A stretch of DNA of 64,000 nt from Chaetodon trifascialis (taxonomy: Eukaryota): contig NC_092066.1 of NCBI RefSeq assembly GCF_039877785.1, forward strand, positions 5,187,152 through 5,251,151, given 5' to 3'. Positions 46,770 through 56,700 of the stretch are shown here, piece after piece. The notes under the pieces were generated by a model. That model was not told the origin of the DNA. It ran no database searches and was given only the letters and a program-made list of their open reading frames with translations. The position numbers and the translations under genes are program-made. How positions within the stretch are numbered: position 1 is the first letter of the stretch; each line of letters opens with the position of its first letter.

Positions 46770-49700
46770 GTTGGTGCTTGTTTCCCGCTGGAAAGCTAGC
46801 TTGACAGGAGAGCTAACCGCTGTATCTACGTCACTTGCGGACTCGACTCGGGACATGTCTCGGCAGAGAAGCTTAGGGAAATAAATGTGATGCACTTAAG
46901 GTCCGTGCAGCATTTACTGTTGTTGCTGTTACTGTAGGATGCAGTCTTTTTTCTGCCTAAGGTGTCATCGATAACTGTTACAGGTTGAGCTTGTTCGTAA
47001 AAACCGTTAACGTTAAAGCTGTCAACTGTTGACACTGTCAACCGTTTATTACCCAAGTTATAGAGCTCTTGGATGCCTCGGGATGGAATTGGTATTAAGG
47101 ATATCAAACACGCACAGATATCCATGTTTATTAAGTGGAACCACTGTAATACAACAGCTCTGCAATGAAGGCTGGAGGTTATGATCCGTTTCTGTCGAAA
47201 GCAGACGTGTTGATACACATTTCTTGTCGTTTGGGGTGCTGTTGAATCAGAACAGGCATGCATTCATTCAGCAAAGCAATATGTAAGTGGTTTAAAAGAT
47301 AAACACATTCATTTCGAATTGCTAGTTGAAATTACAGTATTTGAATCATTACAGTGGTATTAGAGTTTGTACAACCCTGCTCTCACTGTGCTCAGTGTGG
47401 CAGTGGAAAGGAGATGAAGGACAGTGGGAAGCATACCCGCCTTCAGCCTGCGCCTTGTTGGACTCAGCCGTCTCTTCAGGAGAAACCTCTGTCACTCTGC
47501 CTCTGGGCTCTGGGACGTCCTATGAAGTGGACTTGAAGAAGATGGTCCAGATTAATTCTGTCACCAAGTACAAGAGGAAGATTCGCTCGCAGACAGTAAA
47601 AGCAGGTATGTGTGTTTTATGTGTTAAACTTGTGTTTTATTTTCAGTTGTGTCATTTGATTTCTGTCATCCTCCCTGCTGGGATTATCCCACTTATCATA
47701 ATTACTAAAACCTTGCTTCCAGAAAAATTGGAGCACTATAAAACATAAATATAACAGATTGTGATAATTTGCTAATCCCTTTTTAACATAAAAATATATT
47801 TACTGTTTTACCTCATCAACTTCATTGATTTTTCGTCTTTTATTCTCTGTTCAGAAAGTGTGAATGTTGCTGTTGATTTGACTCCTCATAATGGGACACC
47901 AGTTCAAGTTAAAGAGGAAGAAGAGGAGGCGAAGGAGCAACCTGTAGCTAAGAGGAAGAGAGGGCAAAACAAGAGCCAGACAAAAACTGAAGAAACGGCC
48001 ACAGAGGCAACAAAAAGTGAAGGTACCATAGATCTAATTTTCATGTATGTTGTCTATGTAGTAAGACAGGTTAAAGGGACATTGTATTACCCGTGCTTCA
48101 CATTCGATGTCAGTTGACCTTATTAATGTTTTTTCTCTGCTTCTTTGGATGTTTAGCAGAGGTTGTGAAGACGGTGGTCATGAAAGGAAAAGCTCCAGTC
48201 GACTCCGAGTGCAAAGCCAAACTTGGAAAGGTGCAGTATCTACATCCACACAAGATGCGAAACTCATGTTTCTGACAAGTTCTGTCAGCCACACCTTTGT
48301 CCTGTGATGTCCTTGTGTTCTTGTTTTAACCTACACTTAACACCTGTGCTTTGTATGAACTCGTTCCTAAATCACTGTTGTCTTTATAAACAGTATAAAA
48401 CATTGTAAAAAACACAGTGAAGAAGGAAATGAGAAGTTTACAGTACATTTTTAATTTCCTGCTTTCAAGATCAGGTACATTTACCGTCATATTTATTATT
48501 GATTGTTCAATTTCGCTTACAGGCTCATGTTTACAGTGAAGGTGATGATGTTTACGACGTGATGCTAAATCAGGTAAAATATTTAAATTCAAAAGCTGTC
48601 GTCTGCATTTCCATACTGAGTGGTGACTGACTGACTAAAATAGTAATTGTAAATATTTTGATAGATATTCCAATCACAGTCAGCAGTTTCTTGAATGTGA
48701 TCTGTGAAAACAGAAATCGAGTGACGGCTTGAAAAGTATTTTATTTTCATTTTACATTTTGATTTGTGGGAAAGTGAGTCGATTTTTAGACTTGCAGCAA
48801 ACGCTTTGCGTCTTATCATGCAGACAAATCTTCAGTTTAACAACAACAAATACTACCTGATCCAGCTGTTGCAAGACGACAGCTCCAAGGCTTACAGTGT
48901 GTGGATGCGATGGGGCAGAGGTGAGTTTATGTGAGCATATTTGATGTGTGTGTGTGTATTTACACAGGAAGTTAACACAAGCTGCACTTTGGAAGCTCTT
49001 TTCTAAAATGTAAACTAACTTATTAGATATATTTTGGCGGTTTCTCTCTTGTTTGTTTCAGTGGGAAAAGTGGGTCAGAGCAGTCTGTCATCTTGTGGTG
49101 GAGACCTACTGAAAGCAAAAGATATCTTCAAGAAAAAGTGAGATTGTGCAGTTAAAAAAAAAAAAAAATTCCAGATGTCTCACATTGAGGTGAGTTCAGT
49201 AAAATTCTGAAACTTGTTTTTGCCACAGGTTCTTTGACAAAACCAAGAATGAGTGGGAACACAGAGTGAGTTTTGAGAAAGTAGCTGGAAAATATGACAT
49301 GGTGTTCATGGACTACAGCACAGATGAAAAGGCAAGGAGCAATGCACAGCCAACGACCTATAAACCTCCTCAATAGCTTCGTAATAAGGAGTTGGCAGCT
49401 TGGAAATAGCTGCCATTGAACTGAAGTTGAGGTCTGTCAGTATGAACATTAATATATTTCACTGGTACAGGAGGAAAACCAGACCACAGTGGATGCAGCA
49501 CCTAAAAAGAAGAACTCCCAGCTGGATGTGAAGATCCAGTCGCTTCTGGAGCTCATCTGTGACATCAAAGCCATGGAGGAGTGTGTGCTGGAGATGAAGT
49601 TTGACACCCGGAAAGCTCCTCTTGGTCAGTCAAAATCAAAGCAGCAGAACGGGGAATTTGTCCTGTTATACTCTTTCATTTTATATTGAGCATATATCCT

Positions 49701-52456
49701 TTATGCATATTTAAGTTGCTACAGTTTGATCAAAGATTCAATAAAACAAGATACTCGAGTCATAATTTTAGCTGCAGTTGTGCCACCTGACTGTGTTAGG
49801 AGATTCAGCTGGTGACAAACATGTAAATAGCATTTCAAACCTTTCGTGACATCACATTTCAAATTCTTTTTCTTTCTACCTGCAGGCAAGCTGACCACCG
49901 AGCAGATCAATGCAGGCTACGCGGCACTGAAGAAAATTGAGGATTGTTTGAAGAAGAAGGGCAGCAATCGTGAGCTGCTGGAAGCATGCAACCAGTTCTA
50001 CACCCGCATCCCTCATGACTTTGGGTAGGGAATGTGTGGCTGTATTGTTAGAGAGATGCACTAATGCTGTTGGAAAAGAGATGTCTGAATCGATTGTACT
50101 TTATTTTGTGCTAACTTAAAGATATAATCCTCCAGGTTGAAAACTCCTCCAATCATCCGGACAGAAGATGAGCTGAAGGAAAAAATAGCACTGTTGGAGG
50201 TAAAAAGGGCTCTCTGCTAATGGATGTCTTCACTTAAATCTGTGGTCCATACTATAATATCTATGTTTTTTTAATCGTATTTCTTTTTTCCAGGCTCTGA
50301 GTGACATTCAGATAGCAGTGAAAATGGTCCAGTCCAGTGAAAAGAGTGACGAGCATCCTCTGGACAGACAGTATCGCTCCCTCCAATGCCAGCTGCAGCC
50401 TCTGGACTCCAGCAGCAACGACTACAAGGTCAGTGTTTGGCTTCTCATACACCGACGGTAAGTCAGTCAGGATGTTCAAAACATTCACTTTGCTCTTGGC
50501 TCACTAATATTCACAGTTTGTAGGCTGATCTGTAGGTTCTTGGTGTGTTAGACTGTCAAGGCATATGAATGAAACGTAATGCTTTTCTTGAAAACTTTCT
50601 TCTTCTCTGTGTGAAGGTGATAGATAAGTATCTACAGTCCACTCACGCCCCCACCCATTCTGACTACACCATGACCATCCTTGACATCTTCTCAGTGGAC
50701 AGAGACGGGGAGAGCAACAACTTCCTCTCACAGTTACACAACAGGTAAGACACAGTGGGCCTAGTGTTTGTATAGACTGTCAGTGCACCTGGAGGCTCAT
50801 AGCAGCAGATGTTCATGTTCCCTCAGATGTTGAACTGTGGTTCCATATTTTCCTGTATTACACCTGACAATGATGTAAATAAAAACAAGGTGCTGTCTCA
50901 CATAACCCATGTCTGTCTGCCTGCTTGCCAGGACTCTGTTGTGGCACGGGTCCCGTTTGTCTAACTGGGTCGGCATCCTCAGTCAGGGGCTCCGAGTGGC
51001 TCCACCTGAAGCTCCTGTCACAGGTTACATGGTAGGATGGATGGCAGAATGAAATTATCTATAAACTACAAGGAGTTTTTAAACCTATATTTTATTCCAG
51101 CATTAACAATTTCCCTGTTTCTCCTTCGTCTAGTTTGGAAAAGGTGTCTACTTTGCTGACATGTCTTCAAAGAGTGCAAACTACTGCTTTGCCAATCAGC
51201 ACAACCACATTGGCCTGCTGCTGCTGTGTGAGGTGAGATCATCATTGGCAAAGAACAGTCCTCTAAAAAAGTTTGAAGTTGAATGTGCGACGTGTTTGAG
51301 GATGCATACATGCTCTGTGTATGACGGCATTTGCAATTATGCTCTCTCTTACCTGGGAGGCAGCGTGTGTTTGGTGAAGGTGTTTCAGTCACCAGTTGAG
51401 CTAATTTCTGTGGTTCTCTGATTTGATGATTTACTCAGGATATATCTTTGTATGGAGCTGTTGTAATGCTTTTCTAAATACCTGATAAAGGTCGAGCACA
51501 TGAAACTTCATGAATAAGTAAATAGTTTGTCGGCTGTTGAGGTAAGCTTAAATTTCTTGACTTATCCTCCGAAGTTCCAGTAGTTGGTGCTTAGGGGCAG
51601 TTTATTTCATGTCCTGTTCACCTGCCCGTACAAGTCCACAACTTGTGTTAACAATAAAACCAACAGCACCTGAACATCATGACACCTGTTGGGCCTAAAT
51701 GTGGTGCAGAAGTGTTTCAACGTCCCTGCTGTATGTCTGTGTGGTCGCAGGTCGCTCTGGGAGACTGTAACGAGCTGCTGGATGCAGACTACGAGGCCAA
51801 CAATCTGCCTGATGGAAAACACAGCACCAAGGGCCTGGGACAGACCGGACCTGACCCCAAAAACTCTGTCACGCTGTTAGTCTGTCTCGTTACGCTGATA
51901 CAGTTCATACAGGCCAAACATTGATTTAACTGTGCTCACTGTTACACAACAAAAATCATCCCCTTATCTGAGAGGGGGACTTTGTTAATTACATTAGCAA
52001 AGAAAAATTCAGGTTGATGAGCACAGAGTGGGAATAATTGCTGGTTTACTTTGTTCTCTGTAATTGGAAACAAAATCTTTGGGTTTTGAACTGATGGTTG
52101 CTAAAAACAGGACTCTAGGACAAATGGATCTGGACTCTACGGATGCACGGCTGCTAATCCTTTTTGACAAATACTCAGTAAACAGAAAACAGTACTAAGA
52201 CAATTAAAACATGTAAAAGTATTGTAAAGAAAAGGCATTTTGTATTAAAACCACCTGATTGGTCCTTAAATAAACGTATCCCTCTCTCTTTCTCAGGAAT
52301 GGTGCGACTGTGCCGATGGGGCCGGGGGTGAAGACGGGGGTGGGTAAGCGTAACAGTTACTCCCTCCTCTATAATGAGTTCATCGTTTACAACCCTGCCC
52401 AGATCCGCATGAGGTACCTGCTGCGGATCAAGTTCAACTACTCTTCACTGTGGTGA
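46697..52456 (+). CDS. parp2: Poly(ADP-ribose) polymerase 2 gene span, 17 coding exons, 651 aa, with an additional N-terminal WWE-domain exon. Exons: 46697-46769, 47396-47605, 47855-48022, 48157-48230, 48523-48573, 48824-48920, 49062-49137, 49228-49330, 49471-49624, 49886-50024, 50136-50199, 50294-50428, 50617-50744, 50932-51031, 51134-51232, 51751-51875, 52297-52456.
   Basis: Colinear with human PARP2 from [16 protein letters not shown] and [17 protein letters not shown], through the WGR segment [38 protein letters not shown]. It continues through [23 protein letters not shown] and [13 protein letters not shown], then the catalytic core [70 protein letters not shown], and ends [28 protein letters not shown]. 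The summed exons give an integer 652 codons. Without the 210-nt WWE exon the product is 581 aa (human 583). Confidence 0.9.
47396..47605 (+). CDS. parp2: parp2 exon 2: WWE domain. It is 210 nt with phase 1 at both ends, so skipping it preserves the reading frame.
   Basis: Acceptor tgtgctcag, donor GCAG|GTATGT. Encodes [70 protein letters not shown]. The W-x-W...W-x-x-Y pattern followed by a Y-x-hydrophobic D-L/F...Q-x-N...R/K-R-x-I-R block is the WWE-domain signature. Human PARP2 has no such region. Confidence 0.7.
47855..48022 (+). CDS. parp2: parp2 exon 3: basic/acidic linker with a KRKR nuclear-localization-like stretch.
   Basis: Acceptor ctctgttcag, donor GAAG|GTACCA. Encodes [56 protein letters not shown]. 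Confidence 0.75.
48157..48230 (+). CDS. parp2: parp2 exon 4.
   Basis: Acceptor ggatgtttag, donor AAAG|GTGCAG. Encodes [25 protein letters not shown], matching human KGKAPVDPECTAKVGK. Confidence 0.85.
48523..48573 (+). CDS. parp2: parp2 exon 5.
   Basis: Acceptor tttcgcttacag, donor TCAG|GTAAAA. Encodes [17 protein letters not shown]. Confidence 0.85.
48824..48920 (+). CDS. parp2: parp2 exon 6: WGR domain.
   Basis: Acceptor cttatcatgcag, donor AGAG|GTGAGT. Encodes [32 protein letters not shown]. Confidence 0.9.
49062..49137 (+). CDS. parp2: parp2 exon 7.
   Basis: Acceptor ttgtttgtttcag, donor AAAAA|GTGAGA. Encodes [25 protein letters not shown]. Confidence 0.85.
49228..49330 (+). CDS. parp2: parp2 exon 8, ending at a GC donor (GC-AG intron).
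   Basis: Acceptor tgccacag. Encodes [35 protein letters not shown]. There is no GT between AAG and the in-frame TAG at 49373; AAG|GCAAGG matches the GC-donor consensus. Confidence 0.8.
49471..49624 (+). CDS. parp2: parp2 exon 9.
   Basis: Acceptor cactggtacag, donor CTTG|GTCAGT. Encodes [51 protein letters not shown]. Confidence 0.85.
49886..50024 (+). CDS. parp2: parp2 exon 10: helical regulatory domain.
   Basis: Acceptor tctacctgcag, donor TTTGG|GTAGGG. Encodes [46 protein letters not shown]. Confidence 0.85.
50136..50199 (+). CDS. parp2: parp2 exon 11.
   Basis: Acceptor taatcctccag, donor GGAG|GTAAAA. Encodes [22 protein letters not shown]. Confidence 0.85.
50294..50428 (+). CDS. parp2: parp2 exon 12.
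   Basis: Acceptor tcttttttccag, donor CAAG|GTCAGT. Encodes [45 protein letters not shown]. Confidence 0.85.
50617..50744 (+). CDS. parp2: parp2 exon 13.
   Basis: Acceptor tctctgtgtgaag, donor ACAG|GTAAGA. Encodes [42 protein letters not shown]. Confidence 0.85.
50932..51031 (+). CDS. parp2: parp2 exon 14: start of the catalytic domain.
   Basis: Acceptor ctgcttgccag, donor CATG|GTAGGA. Encodes [34 protein letters not shown]. Confidence 0.9.
51134..51232 (+). CDS. parp2: parp2 exon 15: nicotinamide pocket (GKGVYFAD..S motif).
   Basis: Acceptor ctccttcgtctag, donor TGAG|GTGAGA. Encodes [33 protein letters not shown]. Confidence 0.9.
51751..51875 (+). CDS. parp2: parp2 exon 16.
   Basis: Acceptor gtggtcgcag, donor CGCT|GTTAGT. 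Encodes [41 protein letters not shown]. Confidence 0.85.
52297..52456 (+). CDS. parp2: parp2 terminal exon. The stop codon is at 52454-52456.
   Basis: Acceptor ctctctttctcag. Encodes [53 protein letters not shown]. An AATAAA lies at 52903-52908. Confidence 0.9.
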
Positions 52457-52902
52457 GGCTGTGCTAACAGTGCAGCTGTGAGATTGGCTGTCTACAGAGC
52501 AGGGGTGATATCTCACGCAGCCACTCGTCGTGTGCAGTTAACACTGTTCAGATCTTGGCTTTGGGGATAGGATGTTCAGCCGATAAACAGTTAAATATTT
52601 TTCAAGCAAAAATGCCAAAAGTTACCGCTGCTTTTCTTTGTCATATGTGCCATCTTTGGGTTTTGAACTTTTGGTCGAATGAAACAAGCTATTTTAATAT
52701 GTCAACTTGGGCTGTGGAAAACTACAGCTGGCGGTTTTCACTATTTTCTGACATTTTATAGGCAAAACAAATCGGCAGATTGATCGTTACTTGCAGCCCT
52801 ACAGTGATATCCACAGTGAGGCTCGGCAGATCCAAAGTTCATACAACTCACGCATTATTTAAATGGGAATGTGAATTTTGAATTCAAGTAAGAAAAACAC
52901 CA

Positions 52903-52908
52903 ATAAAA
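52903..52908 (+). terminator. parp2: parp2 candidate polyadenylation signal AATAAA, about 450 nt after the stop.
   Basis: caccAATAAAacagc. Confidence 0.4.
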
Positions 52909-53590
52909 CAGCTTCTACGTTCTCCAGTGACACGACGATTTCATCTTTGCTCTTTTTGAGTCAGAAAATGATGTTGGACCCTGTAAAATGACGGTGAATG
53001 CTGCTTTAGAGTGAGGCTTCGGGTTTGGTGAAGGTAAAACATGAGGATGGATCCATGTGATACAGTAAGAAGAAAATATGTTGAATATTTTGCACTATTT
53101 TTTGTCCCTGTTGCTTTTTATTGTCCACGTCCTTTAAACAGTGTAAGCTGTATGTTATTGCATGTGGAATAGCATTCATTCATTATGTTTTGATTTCTGT
53201 TGCGGTGCTTTATGAAACATGAACGGCCTTATTGACCTACTGGACTATCACTCTCAGCCTTTCATGGGTAAACGCAATGATTTGGAGGATCTTTAGGCAG
53301 GTTTGATGTGAGCATTTATACTGAATAATTACCTAAATGTTATTGAATGTTTCCTGTTTTATGTCAACAATCTCGAAATTAAATGAAACAACGCAGTACA
53401 ACAATTTTTCATACTGATTTTTATTTGTGTAAAACTGAGACAAAGACAGGACTCTATCAAAACACTGATAATCCATATAATTTCAGTATATACATAATAA
53501 AAGTAATAATAAAGGACATTTTTGTTGTGGGTACAGTTTGGAGTGTCAGTCTGTGTGCAGTAATGTGTTTGTGTACATGCGTGACGTGCA

Positions 53591-53725
53591 TCACCTCCTC
53601 CCCAGCAGGTAGAGGAAAATCAGGACGATGTCCAGGTAGATGGTGAGAGCGGCGGTGATGTATTCCTCTGGATCCAGACGGTAGCTCATCATCCCCATCA
53701 GCAGCTGACAGTCAATCATCAGGAA
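53591..53725 (-). CDS. TMBIM terminal exon: TM7 and C-terminus. The stop codon is at 53593-53591.
   Basis: Acceptor tctgtctcag. Encodes FLMIDCQLLMGMMSYRLDPEEYITAALTIYLDIVLIFLYLLGRR*. A minus-strand AATAAA candidate lies near 53425-53420. Confidence 0.85.
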   Translation of the reverse strand, partial: FLMIDCQLLMGMMSYRLDPEEYITAALTIYLDIVLIFLYLLGRR

Positions 53726-56700
53726 CTGAGACAGACAGACAGGAAGGGAGGGAGAGGATGAGGAGGAGGAGAACGTTTAGGACAGGGTGAGAGATTAGCA
53801 CCAGATAAGAGCACATCATGACATCCTCTGTTTTGACATGTCACAGCAGGAAGAGCATGCGTGAATGATAAGTGAATGCTGGTTGAATTCCATTCGGCTG
53901 CTTCAGTTTCAGCGTCGTGGTGTTGTTTGTGCTGGCTCACGGTCACACTGGGACACTTCAGTAGAGCAAAGCCATCGTTAATATTATGAGCAACACCCGT
54001 GCTGTTCCCACTGTGACACTGAGCCTACGTTTACACGTAGCAGGGTATTTTGGAAAACGGATATTTTGGCCCCTCGAGCACATCATAACTGTGCCAAACC
54101 TATGGGTGCAAGTGTAAACATAGGTCGCTCACATGATGTTAAGTATTTTCAGTCGCATGTTGTGACGTTTCGGAACCTAAAACGCTGTTTAACCCAGTTT
54201 ACACGCCGACAAATAACTGCCGTTTTCAGAAATCTCCACTTTGGCCAGAGTTTTTAAGAATGATCATTTTCCGTGACTCTGAATCAAGTCTGTGAAAGCG
54301 TGTTGGTCTCATTTAAAATGCTGCTGTGGATGTTACTTTGTGATTGGATGAATTCCTCAAAAATCAAACTTATTAAATCCGCTCTCTGGCTTCTGGAGCT
54401 TTGGCCGTTGCACTCGCTCAGACACTTTATTTGAATGTTTTACAGCTGTGAGCAGCTCCTCCATTTCCTCTGTGCATTAAAGGCGCATTCAGAAATCAGC
54501 CATATTTAGTAGACGACTGTCTCATTTGAGTACAATTCATTTTCTCACTTTTCCCGAAAAAAAAAACCATGCCTAGAATCTGGATGTCGGATGGATTTGG
54601 GACATGCTGCGTATCTAACTTCCACCATTTAATTGAGTGCATCCACTCCTTTCTGCTAACAATCCCACAATGCAATCTGTCACATTTTATTCACCCAGCA
54701 GCCACTGTTGTGCTGCTCTACACCTGCCAATGAACCATGAGAATATCTTTTACATAAGGAGTGATGAGCGAATGAACAAGCCTGCCAGTAGGTGACGATA
54801 AAGTCTACATCAACCATACCAGAGAAGAACACTCTGAACATAGCGGACAAGGCCTCAGACATTATTCACAGGTGTTTTCATCTATTTTGCCAGATTAAAT
54901 CTCTTTTCAAGGCTGCCATCGTATGCACACTGTTCATTCGTCATCACTTTTCTGTTGAAGCTGTCAAAGACAGCACCTGTGTGGGAGGGCAGGGCCTTTA
55001 ATGCGTTTGATGAAGAAACTTATTCCACCGCTGTTCTACACTCCTTTACTAAAACCAAGTCACAAGGTCGGGGTATGTTGTTTTTTGTTAACTTACCAGT
55101 GAATACAGCAGAGCGCCCAGACATCCATAGGCGACATCAGCGATGTAGGAGTAGTAGAAAGTGCAGAAGAACCCGAACATGATCACGTCCACAGCCAGAA
55201 TCAGCAGAACACCATACCAAACGGTGAAATCAAAACGAGTCTGCAAGGAACACAAACAGACTGGGTGAGTGCTGGACAGCGTCCAGAGATTTCATTCTAA
55301 AGCTTTTCCATATGTAACATCCCCATAATTCAAAACAGATCAAAGTATTGATTCATCAGTTTAGTAGTTTTCATTTTTATCTTTTCCCAAATCATTTCAA
55401 GTTCTTTACATTAAAGACAACAAGTATCAAGACAGTACACGACACACATTTACATTTTCACATATTTCTACATTTTTTTTTTTTTTTTAACACTTATTTT
55501 TTTGTTTTTACCATAAGACAACACACAAACGAACAAACAAAAGAGGTCTGGGACAATATGTGATAGAATCTATAGGTAAAATAAAAAGGGAAAACAGTCA
55601 CAGGTACATATTATCAAGTTCAAGAAGTGTCCAGGAGATACAGCAGTCACTCATTGTCTATTCGGTAACAACAGTCCCACTTGTTCCACAATATATCTCC
55701 CTTCTCTTTTTGTAGTCGGAGGTTAAAAGTCATTTTCTCCATCAGACGGATAGAGTTGATCACACTGGTAAGGGCAGTTATAGTGGGGGGGCTCTTTTGA
55801 AGCCAGCATTTAGTTATTGTTTTCTTACTGGCCACAGTAAATATCTTCAGGAGATATCTGTCGCTTTTACAGAGGTCTTGGGGGATGCGCCCAAGGCACA
55901 GCACATTGAAAGAGAGGCCAATGTCCAGGTCCAGGATTTTCAATATCAAGCTACTCACTCCCCTCCAAAAGGGCTGAACCCGCGGGCACAGCCAGAAGAT
56001 ATGCGCATGATCTGCCCTATCAGAACCACATTCCCTCCAGCAAAAGTGTTGTATCCCACTTGATTTTGATTTTTGGTAAGGGGTAATAAAAAAACGAATC
56101 AAAACTTTCCAGTAGAAGTCTCTCCAGAAGAATAAACTTGTAGTAGTAGACCGGGTTCCCCAAGCATTGCTCCACATATCCTCAGTTATTGCAATGTTTA
56201 ATTCCTTTTCCCAGCGTTCCTTTATATAACCTGTTGAAGATTTATTCATTGAAATAAAAGCCTTGTATAGGTTACCCACGATGCCTTTGGTGTTCTTTAA
56301 GTTATAAGCATCAATAAATACCCCAATTATTTTGGAGTGCTCCAGAGAGTCATTACTCCTAACTTCTCTTAGAAAAAAGTTGCGGATCTGTAGGCACCGA
56401 AAGAAATCTCCTTTGTCCAGCTCATAAGTCATATTTCTACATTTTTATCATTGGATTTTTCTCATTTCTTTGCTAATACTTCATTTTTTCATTTGCACTT
56501 CTATTTCTACTCTTATTCTGGTTATTATTCTTCATTGCACACAAGCCTCGTAGTACAGCCTTGAATAAGCCACCCTGCAGCTTAGCAGCAGCAGCTGGGT
56601 TCCTAACGCAGTGTTTAACACAGGATTTGCACATAATGACTCAAACTCAACACTTTTTTTTTTTTTAAAATAAGGCCTAGAAATAAAAAGGGAGAAGCTG

